NCBI RefSeq assembly: GCF_009914755.1
Contig: NC_060947.1
Direction: 5' to 3' (one strand)
Length of the DNA: 64,000 nucleotides
Origin: the human T2T-CHM13v2.0 reference genome, Homo sapiens
Part shown: positions 44,534 to 63,562 of the stretch, one piece after another
Layout of the letters: the number at the start of each line of letters is the position of its first letter
Numbering within the stretch: the first letter of the stretch is position 1
The notes under the pieces: model-generated
The model's database searches: none
Seen by the model: the letters and a program-made list of their open reading frames with translations, nothing else
What the model was told of the DNA's origin: nothing
Position numbers and translations under genes: made by a program

Positions 44534-44861
44534 TAAATACTAGATCTTATTCATTCTATCTAACTTTATTTTTGTATCCATTAACCATACCCCTTCCTCA
44601 CCCTTCCACACTAACATTCATGGCTTCTGGTAACCATTGTTCTACTCTATATCTCCATAAGTTAAATTCTATTAATTTTTAGCTTCCACAAATAAGTGAA
44701 AACATGTGAAGTTTGTTTTTCTGTGGCTGGTTTACTTCACTTAACATAATGACCTCCAGTTCAATACATGTTGTTGCAAATGACAGGATCTCATTCCTTT
44801 TTATGGCTGAATAGTAGACAATTGTGTATATGAAACACATTGCCTTTCTCTTTTTGTCTTA

Positions 44862-45170
<309 letters not shown>

Positions 45171-45179
45171 ATTTTTTTT

Positions 45180-46037
45180 CTTTTCTTTTTTTACATTCTA
45201 ACTTTTACTTTAGGTTCAGGGGGGTACATGTGCAGGTTTGTTACATAGGTAAATTGTGTGTCTCATGGATTTGATGTACAGATTATTTCGTGACTCAGGT
45301 AATAAGCACAGTACCCAGCGGGTAGTTTTTTGATCCTCATCCTCCTCTCACCCTCCACCCTTGAGTAGGCCCTGGTGTCTGTTGTTCTCTTCTTTGTGTC
45401 CATGTGTACTCAGTGTTTTGCTCCCACTTATAAGTGAGAACATGTGGTATTTGGTTTTCTTTTCTTGCATTAATTCGCTTAGGATAATAGCCTCCAACTA
45501 TATCTTTGTTGCTGCAAAGGACACAATTTCATTCTTCCTTATAGCTGCATAGTATTCCATGGTGTATATGTACCACATTTTTTTTCATCCAATCTACCGT
45601 TGATGGGCATTTAGGCTGATTCCATGTCTTTGTTATTGTGAATAGTGCTGCGATGGACATATGTGTGCATGTGTCTTTATGGCAGAACAATTTATATTCC
45701 TTTGGGTATATACACAATCATGCGATTGCTGGGTCAAATGGTAGTTCTGTTTTAAGTTCTTTCAGAAATTGTCAAACTGCTTTTCACACTGGCTGAACTA
45801 ATCCACATTCCCACAGGCCGTGTAAAAGTGTTCCTTTTTCTCTACAACCTTGCCAGTATCTGTTATTTTTTGACTTTTTAATAATAGCCATTCTGACTGG
45901 TGTGGGATGGTATCTCATTGTGGTTTTCATTTATATTTCTCTAATGATTAGTGATGCTGAGTATTTTTTCATATGCTTGTTGGCTGCTTTTATGTCTTCT
46001 TTTGAGAAGTGTCTGTTCATGGTCCTTTGCCCATTTC
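45180..46037 (-). mobile_element. 5'-truncated L1PA13-16/L1PB-type fragment nested in the L1MA
   Basis: Own T-rich tail and 3'UTR (ggttcaggggggtacatgtgcagg); ORF2 C-terminal homology (ORF 45529-45717). Confidence 0.75.
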
Positions 46038-49000
46038 TTTAATGGGTGAACCACATATTCTTTATCCATTCATCTGTTGATGGACATTTAGGGTGCTTCC
46101 AAATCTTGGCTATTGTGAATAATGCCGCAATAGACAAAAGAGTGCAGATATCATCACTTTGATATATTAATTTCCTTTCTTTTGTATATAGTGAGATTGC
46201 TGGGTCATATGGTAGCTCCATTTTTAGTGTTTTGAGGAACCACCAAACTGTTCTCCATAGTAGTTGTACTAACTTACATTCCCACAAACGGTGTATGAGG
46301 GTTCCCTTTTCTCCACATCCTTGGATGCCTATCTTTTGGATATAAGTCATTTTAACTGGAGTGAGATGATATCTCATTGTAGTTTTGATTTGCACTTCTC
46401 TGATGATCAGTGATGTGGAGGACCTTCTCATATGCCTGTTTGCTATTTGTGTATGTTTTCTTTTGAGAAATATCTGTTCAGATCTTTTGCCCATTTTTTT
46501 GATTGGATGATTATGTTTTTTCCTATAGAATTGTTTGAGCTCCTTGCATATTCTGGTTATTAATCCCTTGTCATATGGGTGTTTTGCAAATATTTTCTCC
46601 CATTCTGTGAGTGGTCTCATCACTTTGTTGATTGTATCCTTTGCTGTGCAGAAGCTTTTTAACTTGATGTGATCCCATTTCTCCAGTTTTCTTTTGGTTG
46701 CCTGTGCTTGTGGGGTATTACTCAGTACATTTTTGCTGAGACTGATGTCCTGGAGATTTTTCCCCAAAGTTTTCTTGTAGTAGTTTTATGATCTGAGGTC
46801 TTAGATTTAAGTATTTAATCCATTTTGATTTTATTTTTGTATATGGTGAGAGATAGGGGTCTAGTTTCATTCTTCTGCATATGGATATCCAATTTTCCCA
46901 GCACCATTTATTGAAGAGACTATCTTTTCCCCAGTGTATGTTCTTGGCACCTTTGTTGAAAATGAGTTCACTGTAGGTTTGTGTATTTGTTTCTGGGTTC
47001 TGTATTCTGTTCCATTGGTCTGTGTGTGTTTTTATGCCAGTGCCATGCTGTTTTGGTTACTATAGCTCTGTAATATGATTTGAAGTCAGGTAATGTGATT
47101 CTTCCAGTTTTATTCTTTTTGCTTAGGATAGCCTTGGCTATTCTGAGCCTCCCATGATTCTATGTACACTTTAGGATTGTTTTATCTATTTCTGTGAATA
47201 ATATCTGGTATTTTGATAGAGATTGCATTGAATCTGTAGATTGCTTTGGGTAGTATGGACATTTTAATAATATTGATTCTTCCAATTCATGAACATGGAA
47301 TCTCTTCCAATTTCTTGCTGTCCACTTCAATTTCTTTAATCAATGTTTGATAGTTTTCATTATAGAGGTCTTCCACTTCTTTGGTTATTTCCTAGGTATT
47401 TAATTTTATTTGTGGCTATTGTAGATGGGATTAATTTCTTGATTTCTTTTTCAGATTGTTTATTGTTGGCATATGGAAATGCTACTGATTTTTGTATGTT
47501 GATTTTGTGTCCTGCAACTTTACTGAATTTGTTTATGTGTTCTAATAGGTTTTTTCTGTGGAGTCTTTAGGTTTTTCCAAATACAAGATCATATTATCTG
47601 AAAACAAGGATAATTTGACCTCTTTTAATCCAATTTGGATGCACTTTATTTCTTTCTCTGGTCCAATTGCTCCGGCTAGCACTTCCAGTACTGTGTTGAG
47701 TAACAGTGGAGAAAGTGGGCATTCTTGTTGTGTTCCAGATCTTAGAGGAAAGGCTTTCCATTTTTCCTCATTTACTGTGATACTAACTGTGAGTCTGTCA
47801 TATATGGCTTTTATAATTTGAGGTATGTTCCTTCTATACCCAGTTTTTGAGGATTTTTATCATGAAGGGATGTTGAATTTTATCAAATGCTTTTTCAGTG
47901 TCAATTGAAATGATCTAATAATTTCTGTCCTTCATTCTGTTGTGATGTATTACATTGATTGATTTACGTATATTGAACCATTCTTACATTCCTGGGATAA
48001 ATCCCACTTGGTCATGATGACTGATCTTTTTAATGTATTGTTGAATTTGTTTTGCTAGTATTTTGTTGAGGATTTTTGTATTAATAATCATCAGAGATAT
48101 TGGCCTATAGTTTTCTTTTTTTGATTTATCTTTCTCTGGTTTTGGTAACAGAGAAATATGGTCCTCGAAGAGTGAGTTTGGAAGTATTTCCTCCTCCTCT
48201 ATTTTTTGGAATAGTTTGAGTAGGACTGGTATTAGTTCTTGAAATGTTCAGTAGAATTCAGCAGTAAAACCATCGGGTCCTGGGCTTTTCTTTACTGGGA
48301 GACTTTTTATTATGGCTTCAATCTTGTTACTTGTTATTGATCTGTTTGGGTTTTAGATTTCTCCTTGGCTCAATCTTGGAATGTTATATGTGTTTAGGAA
48401 TTTGTCCATTTCTTCTAGGTTTTCCCATTTATTGGCCTACAGTTACTCTTACTATCCACTAATGATCCTTTGGGTTTCTGCAGTATCAGTTGTAATGTCT
48501 CCTCTTTCATCTCTGATTTTATTTATTTTTAATCCCTATTTTTTTCTTAGCTAGTCTGGCTAAAGGTTTGTCAATTTTGTTTATCTTTTAAAAAAAATGA
48601 CCTTTCATTTTTATTGATCTTTTGTATTGTTTTCTTCATTTCAAATTAACTTATTCCCGCTCTGATCTTTATTATTTATTTTCTTCTACTAATTTTGGGT
48701 TCAGTTTGCTCTTGCTTTTCTAGTTCTTAACATTAGATTATTTATTTGAAGTTTTCCTTCTTTTTTTGATGTAGGCTTTTATAGCTATAAACTGCTCTCT
48801 TACTACTACTTTCATTGTATCCCATAGGTTTTGGTATGTTATGTTTCCATTATCATTTGTTTCAAGAATTTTTACAATTTCTTTCTTGATTTTTTCATTG
48901 ACCCGCTGGTAATTCAGAGTATATTGTTTAATTTCCATGTGTTTGCATAGTTTCTAAAATTCTTCTTATTAATTTCTAGTTTTATTCTGCTGTGGTCAGA

Positions 49001-51192
49001 GAAGATGGTTGATGTTATTTCAATTTTTCTGAATGCTTTAAGACACCCGATCTTGGAAGACCATCATTAAAAGTCTTACTTTTGCTGTTCTCTGGGTCTC
49101 TGAGTCCATTCTTTGGGTTTGGACGGGTGAGTTTGTTTCTCACATAGAGTCAAAAACTTTAGAAATCTACCTGGTGTTCTATTGTACTGTGGCTGAGCTG
49201 GCACTCAAACCACAACACACAGTCCTTGCCACTCTTCCCTCCCCTTTCCAAAGGCAGAGGAGCCTCACCCCATGGCCACTGCCACCACAGGTCCCCAGGG
49301 AGTACTGCCAGACTACTGCCAATGTTCCCTTAAGGCCCAAGGGCTCTTGAGTCAGCCTATCATGAATGCTGCCTGGCCTGGGACTCACCATTCAGGGAAA
49401 TAGTCTCCCCTCTGGCCCATGGCACGTCCAGAAATGCCATCTAAGAACCAAGTTTTGGAATTGGGCACCCCAAGAGCTTGCTTGGTGCTCCACCCCCTGT
49501 GGCTGTGCTGGTACCTAAGGTGCAAGACAAAGTCCCCTTTACTTTTACCTGTGCTTTTCTCAAGTGGAAGGAGTTTCACCCCATAGCCACCATAGTTGAA
49601 AATATATATGCACAGTCTCACCTGAAGCCAGCAAATCTCAGAGGGTCACCCAAGGCCCTCAACGTAGTTCCTGGGTATTGCTGCTGGTTATTCAGGGCCC
49701 AAAGGCCCTTCAGTTAGCAGGTGACAAATCCTTCCATGACTGGGTCCTTCCCTTCAAGGTAGCAGGTTCCCTTCTGGCCCAGGATAAGTCTAGAAATGTC
49801 ATCTAGGAGCTAGAGCCTGGAAAAAGGGCCTGGCAACTCTGACCAGGGCCCTAAGGCTAGCTGGTATCCAAGAGGCAAAACAAAGTCCTCCCCACTCTTC
49901 CTTCTCTCCTCAAGTGGTAGGAAAAGGTCTCTTGTAGAGCTGTGAGCTGTGCATGCAGCCTGGGGTTAGAGGTGAGGTGGTGGCAGCACTCCCTTAACTG
50001 CCCTGGCAAGTGTTTCAGTAGGTAGGTCACATGCCCCCTGTTTAATGTCTCTGGGCCCAGTTCAGCATTAGGACTCACATAAAAGTTGCAGTCCTTGTGG
50101 CCTGGCCCATCTTTCAAGTTTTTTTAAGGCGCCAAGGGCATTTTAGCCCATGATAGCAAGGTTTGCTGGAACTCAAGTTTCAACCGCTGTGATTGGTAAT
50201 ACGCCTCTGCCTAGAGCTGGTTTAAATGCTCCCTCCCTGGGCAGGAATCAGCTGAATTTGGTCTGGTTTTCCTTTCTGCTCTAACAGGACAGCACTGAGT
50301 TCAATGCTTCACAATTGCTGTGCTATCTTTCTGCCAACAACCAGAGATGCTCTCAGCACCACGCTACCACTGCAGAGGTGGGGGGACATGACAATTCAAG
50401 ACTATTTTTTCTACTTCTGCAGTGCTTCTTTCAGTGATATGAAGTTAAAACCAGGTACTGTGAGTGCTCATCTGATTTTTAGTTCTTATGAAGGTGTTTT
50501 TCTTGTGTAGATAGTTTAAAATTGGTGTCCTCGTTGGGGACGATTGGTGGAACCTTCTATTCCACCATCTTGCTTTGTCTCTGCACCTTGATAACATATT
50601 TTTCTAAACTTCTTAATAGGGAACTAATCATAGAGCAATATAAATATATATATTTTTTCATGAAAAAAGACAAGGTGTTGGCTAACCTGGATTTTTTAAA
50701 ATGATGAATAATAGTCACAATTTTGAAGGCCTTTGGATGTTTGCCTCTGCCCCTAACACTTTGAACATATTTTCCAAAAAAAAAGCTTCAAAGAATAAAT
50801 CCTCATTTCTCCTCACCTCCCTAGTCAAATGTCACTTTCCATTTTGCAATGTTAAAGACAGCTCAAGGAGAAGACAGTTATAAGTAAATAAATGTCTTTT
50901 CCCATTTCTGTAGCCTTTGATGATGCCACAGAGCCTTTACATTAATTTGAGTTACCAATCCTAGATCTCAACATCTCATTATAACACTGTAAACCAGATT
51001 TTTAGATAAATGTTGCCCTAAAGGAATGCCTTTTGTGAAAAAGAAAATAAAAGAGGAACTTCTGTAAGAAATGGAAACAATCAATTTTGATTATGTGTCT
51101 GGTGGAGGGGAACAATGGTTCAAAAAATAAAAAATCATTCTATATGGCTTTGGAATTTGTCACTGTATGGGCCTTTAATATTCATGTATTTA

Positions 51193-51715
<523 letters not shown>

Positions 51716-53241
51716 TTAAGACAGCTTTTGCTCCCATTTAGAGTGGCAGGGATAGTTGTTTTGGATTAAATATCAACTTCCAATGTTCTCTGGGCTATAA
51801 AGAGATGGTTAAAGTGCTGATAAAGGATGAAAGTGAAGAGAACAGGCAACCAAGAATAAGAACTGTGACAGATATGTCTGCAAATGATTAAGCATTGACT
51901 TGGGGGTAATGTTTTACAGTTTAGTCACACAGGTCATGTGCCCAAGGAACTACTCATATATAAATGAAGACTACCATGTAAATGCTAATCTAATTTTGAA
52001 AACCCAGAGAGAAAAGGACATTTTTGAGCTGGAAAGGATCTTCATCTGGTCCAAGAAACTAAAGATCAAGGAGATTACATTAATGTCCCAGCCCATTACA
52101 ATCTCAGTATTCGGGACTAAAAATTAGTACCCATCAATGTATTTACTGGCTCTGAGACTTAGTTAAATCGGCTGGAAAATAATGCTAAGGAAAACATGCT
52201 CCTAGGCAGTTTTTAAGCCACAAGCTATATCCCTAGTGTGAAAGCTCACCATCAGTGCAAGAGACTCATTTATACCAAGGGGCTTTGGTATTAAATGAGA
52301 ACGTGGGGCTGGATCACTATAGCTCCATCTCTGGACAAACTCCTACATAGTAAAAGTGAAATAGGAAGAGTGATATCTAAAGAGCTTGCAGTCTAATGTT
52401 TGTTGATAAATGTTGCTAAGTAAAAACAATACTACTGTGGAGTCTTAAGTTTGAGGATATAAATGACCAGTAGAGCTGGTTGAGCTGATGCTCTAACTGA
52501 CCCTTGTGCACCTATATAGCACAATGATAATGCATATCCATAAAAAAAGAACTATGGGAATTGTAAAAGATTGCATTTCTTCTGAGTTGATAAATGAGGA
52601 CTATAATTCCAGTCACTCTGGTTTGCTGTCAAGGGTATTTCCCTGTTCTCTTTCTTCAAGAAATGGCAGTTCACTCTGACTGGCTAATAAAAGCTAGCTT
52701 GACACATTTACACTGAGCCACAGGGCTGATGGGGTAAGTGCCAGGAAAGCAGAGGATTGTATTGGATGAATCAAGAGCATCCAATTCTACTGAGCTGAGC
52801 AGGAGCAAATTGACCATATTTGACAAATGCATTCAGTAGACCTACCTGAGGAAGAAAGTCACAGGAGGACAGCAAGGTCTCACTAGCCACTCGCTTCTTT
52901 TCAACACTGCCTTATGCATTTACTTCTAACAGTTTCACATTCAGTCATCCTGTCTTATCCAATAAGTTTGTCCTTCTTCCTCCTTTCTGCAGCAGAGGAG
53001 TCTAAGTGACTCCTCCCACTTATTGATGCTCTTCTCAGTGCTTCTATGCTGTGTCCAGTTCTAGCTAAACACTCCATCTGCATTTTCTCAGTAGGCTGAG
53101 TTTTTATAGAAATAACTCCTAGGTGTTCTGCAGCAATGTCTGGATCAATATTGATTGGTAGTTTCCTACAGTAAAGAATCATTTTAATTGGGTGTTTCTC
53201 TTCAGTTAAATCCTAATCTAACTTTTTTTTTTTTTCTGTAG

Positions 53242-53653
<412 letters not shown>

Positions 53654-54274
53654 CTCACACACCTTTTCAACACTTCGACCAATGTCCATATCACCAAAGA
53701 GATCAGTACATGAATCTTTTGAGTGAATTGCTTCTACTGGACAATTTAAAACTTTACTAATAATCAAAGAAGACACCTTATAAGGGAAGAAGTTGTTTGT
53801 ACGTTTAATATTATAATAAAGTTGTTCCTGTGTTCCAAATTGTTGTAGTACATGATTATAAGCAGAATCAATAACCTGAGAAATAATTTCTGTACTTTCT
53901 GGACTTGAAAAACCATTCTTCAGGATTAGCAGCTATAACACTAATGTTTTCTCTGGAAATTTCAGATGTCATGGATTTTCTTAATTGAGATGCGATTTTA
54001 TTTAACTCAGGCTTTGATAAGTTTTAGCATCTTTGCTTGAGGCCCTTGGCAACTTAATTAGTCTAGCCAAGAACAAGGCCAATATTTTATCGAAAATCAT
54101 GGCATTAAACACAGCATCTTTTCTGGGTGAAGTCTTTTTCTTTGACTTAAGGACATCAATAATCTTAACCATGTTTTCCAGAATTTTGACAGTTTCCATA
54201 ACTAATTCTGAATTTGATGCTTCTTCCTCCACTTGAGGGTAAAATTGAGTTTCCTTTACCATTCAAAATTGAGA

Positions 54275-54568
54275 ATTTTTTTTTTTGAGACCAGAGTCTT
54301 GCTCTGTCACCCAGGCTGGAGTGCAGTGGCACTATCTTGGCTCACTGCAACCTCTACCACCTGGGTTCAAGTGATTCTCTTGCCTCGGTCTCCTGGGTAG
54401 CTGGGACTACAGGCGTGTGCCACCATGCACACCTAATTTTTGTATCTGTAGTAGAGATGGGGTTTCATCATATTGGCCAGGCTGGTTTTGAACTCCTGGC
54501 CTCAAGCAATCCACCCACCTTGGCCTCCCAAAGTGCTGGGATTACAGGTGTGAGCCACCGCACCCAGC
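54275..54568 (-). mobile_element. Alu (S/J-type) inside the FSIP2-like exon
   Basis: Dimeric Alu; no clear TSD. Confidence 0.9.
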
Positions 54569-55547
54569 AAGGACATTGTTCTTACGCATTAAATCTTTCT
54601 ACACTGAAATATTACCCAGAGTGCTTTAAAACACTGTTATAAGCAGAATAACTACTTTTTCAATAGTTGCACTGTCTGCTAAAGACAGGGTGAGTGACTC
54701 TTTGCCCTGTGGTACGACTTTAATCTGACTTTTAGACATATATTTTTGAAGTAAATGTACGATTTTTAAGGTTAGTTTTTGCATTTCAGCATTTAGAGAC
54801 TTGTTTTGTTTTTTATCAATTTTGGAAACATAGATAAAAGCGTTGGTAAAAAAAGTATAGCAATATCTTCTATTATGTTAAAAGGCAGTTTGTAAGCACG
54901 TGATGGCTGACTATGGGGGACCCCCGTGGTTTAGACATGTTTAAGCATATTTTCAACAACACTGTCAACTTCTGTACACTTATATGAAGTTAGCTCTCCA
55001 GAAAAATAGGTCAGCAGCTGATTGCCAGCCACTTCCTGTACAACTAAACTGATTTCTGAAAGTATTCTGCAGCCACTGGTGACAAAATTTTTTATGCTTT
55101 CATGAAATCCAAATTGTCGCTGATTATTTTAAATAGTCTGAACCACTAAATGAATAATTTCATCATCATTAGGATGTAAGGATTGTACATCCTGTATAAT
55201 CAATCATATATTCATCTTTGGAGACCACTGTCATAATTGAATTTACTTCATTTGAAGGTAATCCAGTTCTGTATACAAATTATCTTCAGATATTTCTGTT
55301 GCAGTGTTGGCTACTGTCGAGAATTTTATTATTATTATTATTATTATACTGTAAGTTTTAGGGTACATGTGCACAAGGTGCAGGTTTGTTACATATGTAT
55401 ACATGTGCCGTGTTGGTGTGCTGCACCCATTAACTCGTCATTTAGCATTAGGTATATCTCCTAATGCTATCCCTCCCCCATCCCCCCACCCCACAACAGT
55501 CCCCAGAGTGTGATGTTCCCCTTCCTGTGTCCATGTATTCTCATTGT

Positions 55548-59385
<3,838 letters not shown>

Positions 59386-59433
59386 TTATTTTGCTCGTTA
59401 GTTGATGCAGTTTCTTCCTAGCCTTGATGGTCT

Positions 59434-60448
59434 TTACAATTTGGCATGTTTTTGCAGTGGCTGGTACCGGTTGTTCCTTTCCATGTTTAGTGCTTCCTTC
59501 AGGAGCTCTTTTAGGGCAGGCCTGGTGGTGACAAAATCTCTCAGCATTTGCTTCTCTGTAAAGTATTTTATTTCTCCTTCACTTATGAAGCTTAGTTTTG
59601 CTGGATATGAAATTCTGGGTTGAAAATTCTTTTCTTTAAGAATGTTGAATATTGGCCCCCACTCTCTTCTGACTTGTAGAGTTTCTGCCAAGAGATCCGC
59701 TGTTAGTCTGATGAGCTTCCCTTTGTGGGTAACCCGACCTTTCTCTCTGGCTGCCCTTAACATTTTTTCCTTCATTTCAACTTTGGTGAATCTGACAATT
59801 ATGTGTCTTGGAGTTGCTCTTCTCGAGGAGTATGTTTGTGGTGTTCTCTGTATTTCCTGAATCTGAATGTTGGCCTGCCTTGGTAGATTGGGGAAGTTCT
59901 CCTGGATAATATCCTGCAGAGTGTTTTCCAACTTGGTTCCATTCTCCCCGTCACTTTCAGGTACACCAATCAGACGTAGATTTGGTCTTTTCACATAGTC
60001 CCATATTTCTTGGAGGGTTTGTTCATTTCTTTTTATTCTTTTTTCTCTAAACTTCTCTTCACGCTTCATTTCATTCGTTTCGTCTTCCATCGCTGATACC
60101 CTTTCTTCCAGTTGATCACATCGGTTACTGAGGCTTGTGCATTCGTCATGTAGTTCTTGTGCCTTGGTTTTCAGCTCCATCAGGTCCTTTAAGGACTTCT
60201 CTGCATTGGTTATTCTAGTTATCCATTCATCTAATTTTTTTTCAAAGTTTTTAACTTCTTTGCCATTGGTTTGATCTTCCTCCTTTAGCTCGGAGTAGTT
60301 TGATCTTCTGAAGACTTCCTCTCTCAGCTCGTCAAAGTCATTCTCCATCCAGCTTTGTTCCGTTGCTGGTGAGAAGCTGTGTTCCTTTGGAGGAGGAGAG
60401 GCGCTCTGATTTTTAGAGTTTCTGGTTTTTCTGCTGTTTTTCCCCCAT
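59434..60448 (-). pseudogene. L1 ORF1, frameshifted near the N-terminus
   Basis: Native ATG at 60448 is 100 nt (not 102) from the MENDFDEL ATG at 60348; the remaining 304 aa are open. Confidence 0.9.
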
Positions 60449-61023
60449 CTTTGTGGTTTTATTTACCTTTGGTCTTTGATGATGGTGACGTACAGATGGG
60501 GTTTTGGTGTGGGTGTCCTTTCTGTTTGTTAGTTTTCTTTCTAACAGTCAGGACCCTCAGCTGCAGGTCTGTTGGAGTTTACTGGAGGTCCACTCGAGAC
60601 CCTGTTTGCCTGGGTATCAGCAGCAGTGGCTGCAGAACAGCGGATATTGGTGAACTGCAAATTCTGCTGCCTGATTGTTCCTCTGGAAGTTTTGTCTCAG
60701 AGGAGTACCTGGTCGTGTGAGGTGTCAGTCTGCCCCTACTGGGGGGTGCCTCCCAGTTAGGCTACTCGGGAGTCAGGGACCCACTTGAGGAGGCAGTCTG
60801 CCCATTCTCAGATCTCAAGCTGCGTGCTGGGAGAACCACTACTCTCTTCAAAGCTGTCAGACAGGGACATTTAAGACTGCAGAGGTTATTGCTGTCTTTT
60901 GTTTGTCTGTGCCCTGCCCCCAGAGGTGGAGCCTACAGAGGCAGGCAGGCCTCCTTGAGCTGTGGTGGGCTCCACCCAGTTCGAGCTTCCCTACCACTTT
61001 GTTTGCCTACTCAAGCCTGAGCA

Positions 61024-61206
61024 ATGGTGGGCACCCCTCCCCCAGCCTCGCTGCCACCTTGCAGCTTGATCTCAGACTGCTGTGCTACCAATGAGCGAGG
61101 CTCCGTGGACGTAGGACCCTCTGAGCCATGTGCGGGATATAATCTCCTGGTGTGCCATTTGTTAAGCCCGTTGGAAGAGCACAGTATTAGGGTGGGAGTG
61201 ACCTGA
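61024..61206 (+). pseudogene. L1 antisense ORF0, truncated to 60 aa
   Basis: MVGTPPPASLPPCSLISDCC... matches primate L1 ORF0; ends at a TGA where I recall the consensus reading CGA (Arg). Confidence 0.8.
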
Positions 61207-63137
61207 TTTTCCAGGTGCCGTCTGTCACCCCTTTCTTTGAGTAGGAAAGGGAATTCCCTGACCCCTTGTGTTTCCCGGGTGAGGCGATGCCTCGCCCTGC
61301 TTTGGCTCACGCACGGTGCACTGCACCCACTGTCCTGCACCCACTTTCCGGCACTCCCCAGTGAGATGAACCTGGTACCTCAGTTGGAAATGCAGAAATC
61401 ACCCGTCTTCTGTGTCGCTCATGCTGGGAGCTGTAGACTGGAGCTGTTCCTATTCGGCCATCTTGGCTCCACCCACCGAGAAAATTTTTGATAGAAGAGA
61501 AGAAATTATACTCTAAAAATTCACAAGGCAGCATTGTAGTATATGGCCATGATGCCTGACATTTTTTGCAGGCTGTTTGGGGCACCTTTTCGACCTTTTA
61601 AATGAACTCCCAAGATTCTAGAGGCAAACATACTGAAGCTGGAACCTCACCACAAAGTAACAAGGTTAGCTGATGCTGAAAAACTTCTCCTATTACTGCA
61701 TTAACTAGCCTTGTGCTAAATTTTCACTGTTACTGTTATGTCCTTACAAATGGAGTCTTGCCATCTATATTCCTGCAAAATATTGCATACAGATGAGCAA
61801 AAAATCATATTGATCAACATTTTATCAATTGATTGTGTGTTAGCCATTAAAAGTACCTCATCTGAAGGAGGTGTTTTAGTTGCAGGTGGCATTCTATGCA
61901 TGGATGGTATTTTGTCTATAATTATCATTTTTTATCTTGGATGGTGCTTTATCCACAGATAGTTCTTTCTGCCTGAGAGGTACTTTATGAACTGATGTAA
62001 CTTTATCTGCAGGTGGGAAGGGCTGATTTCCCTGATCTGGGTTTAACACTTTAATTTGAGCATCTGAAAACTCCTTTAACACGGAATCAATCGGTTTCAT
62101 AGCTGCCTCATAGATCTCATCTTGATTTATGTCACTGGTTACATTTCAACATGCATCATCTGTGTCTGGTGAGGAAGAAAAATCAATTTGTTAATTATTT
62201 CAGAGATAACTTCTTCTAAGAAATTGGCTGACAAAATCCCAGGGTTATTTTCTGGTGGGTTTTGAGAACTGTCTGGTTTACTAGGTTTACTTTTAATCTC
62301 TTTATCTTTACTTTTCTCATTCTCTTCCTCAGTTGCAGGAACATTTTGGTTAGCTCAATTTGTTGAAGCAGGCTGCGCAGAATCCTTACCATCCACCTGA
62401 GTTACATCTGCTGCATTATCTTCTAGGGTCTTTGGGATTTTGAATCACCTATTTGTCCTTAAAAAGAAGATATTTCTAAATATTGCTGTAAATGCTTTCA
62501 GTGACATTTTGGACATGTTCAGAATGTGAGATTTGTTTATCATCTGTAACTCTTTAAGCTGGAGAATCTCTCTTCTTCTCTTGGATCTATTTTTCACCTT
62601 GATTTTCAGAGATGGTAGTTTAAGAGGTATGTTCCCTTTTTCTAATGAACTTTCTCTTTTTTATCACTCTTCCTTTTTATCATCTATTTTAATATCTAGT
62701 TCCAGTCCAACGTTCTTGTGTTTTGTGTCATTGGTACTCGGTGAAAAATGCTGGTATACCTTCTCATCTAGACCTTTTTCTAGCTGAATTGTCTTTCTTC
62801 TTGATTTCATCCTTTGTAAGTGCTATATTCAAATCTGGAAAAGTTGTTGAAATAACTTTTGATACATTTCCACTATCTTCTCTAATTGAACTTCCCCCTT
62901 TCTTTTCCTCCTCTTTCTTTTTATCCACCACACCTCCAGCTAACCCTAATGCTAGGGTACTTTGCCGTTCATAATGCTAGTTATATCGGTACATATTGGC
63001 TCATGAATGGTGCCTTTTTTCATTGATGTCTCCTTCTTTTTGAAACCTTCCTTTTAATTAAATACTCATCTACCTATTTCCAAAGTGTCCTTTTTGTTTT
63101 TCAGGCCTGATGTAGATGACTGAACAAATTGGATTCC

Positions 63138-63562
63138 TGATATGGTTTGGATATGTGTCCCTGCCCAAATTTCATATCGAATTGTAATCCCCAGTGTTGG
63201 AGATGGGGCCCGGTGGGAGGTGATTGGATCATAGGGGCGGAGTTCTCATGATTGGTTTAGCACCATCCCTTTGGTGCTCTTCTCGTGATAGAGTTCTTGT
63301 GAGATCTGGTTGTTTAAAAGTGTGTAGCACCCCCCTCCCCCTGCCCCCTTTGCTCCTGCTCCTGCCATATAAGATGCCTGCTCCTGCTTTGCCTTCCGCC
63401 TGAAGGAATGAATAAAAGCTCCCTGAGGCCTCCCCAGAAGCATATGCTGGCACAATGCTGCCTGCACGGCCTGCAGAACCATGGGCCAATTAAATCTCTT
63501 TTCTTTATAAATTACCCAGTCTCACATACTTCTTTATAACAGTGTGAGAATGAACTAATACA
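63138..63562 (+). mobile_element. MaLR solo LTR, MSTA-like
   Basis: TGATATGGTTTGGAT...AACTAATACA, 425 bp, TG..CA ends; 5-bp TSD attcc/gttcc. Confidence 0.85.
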
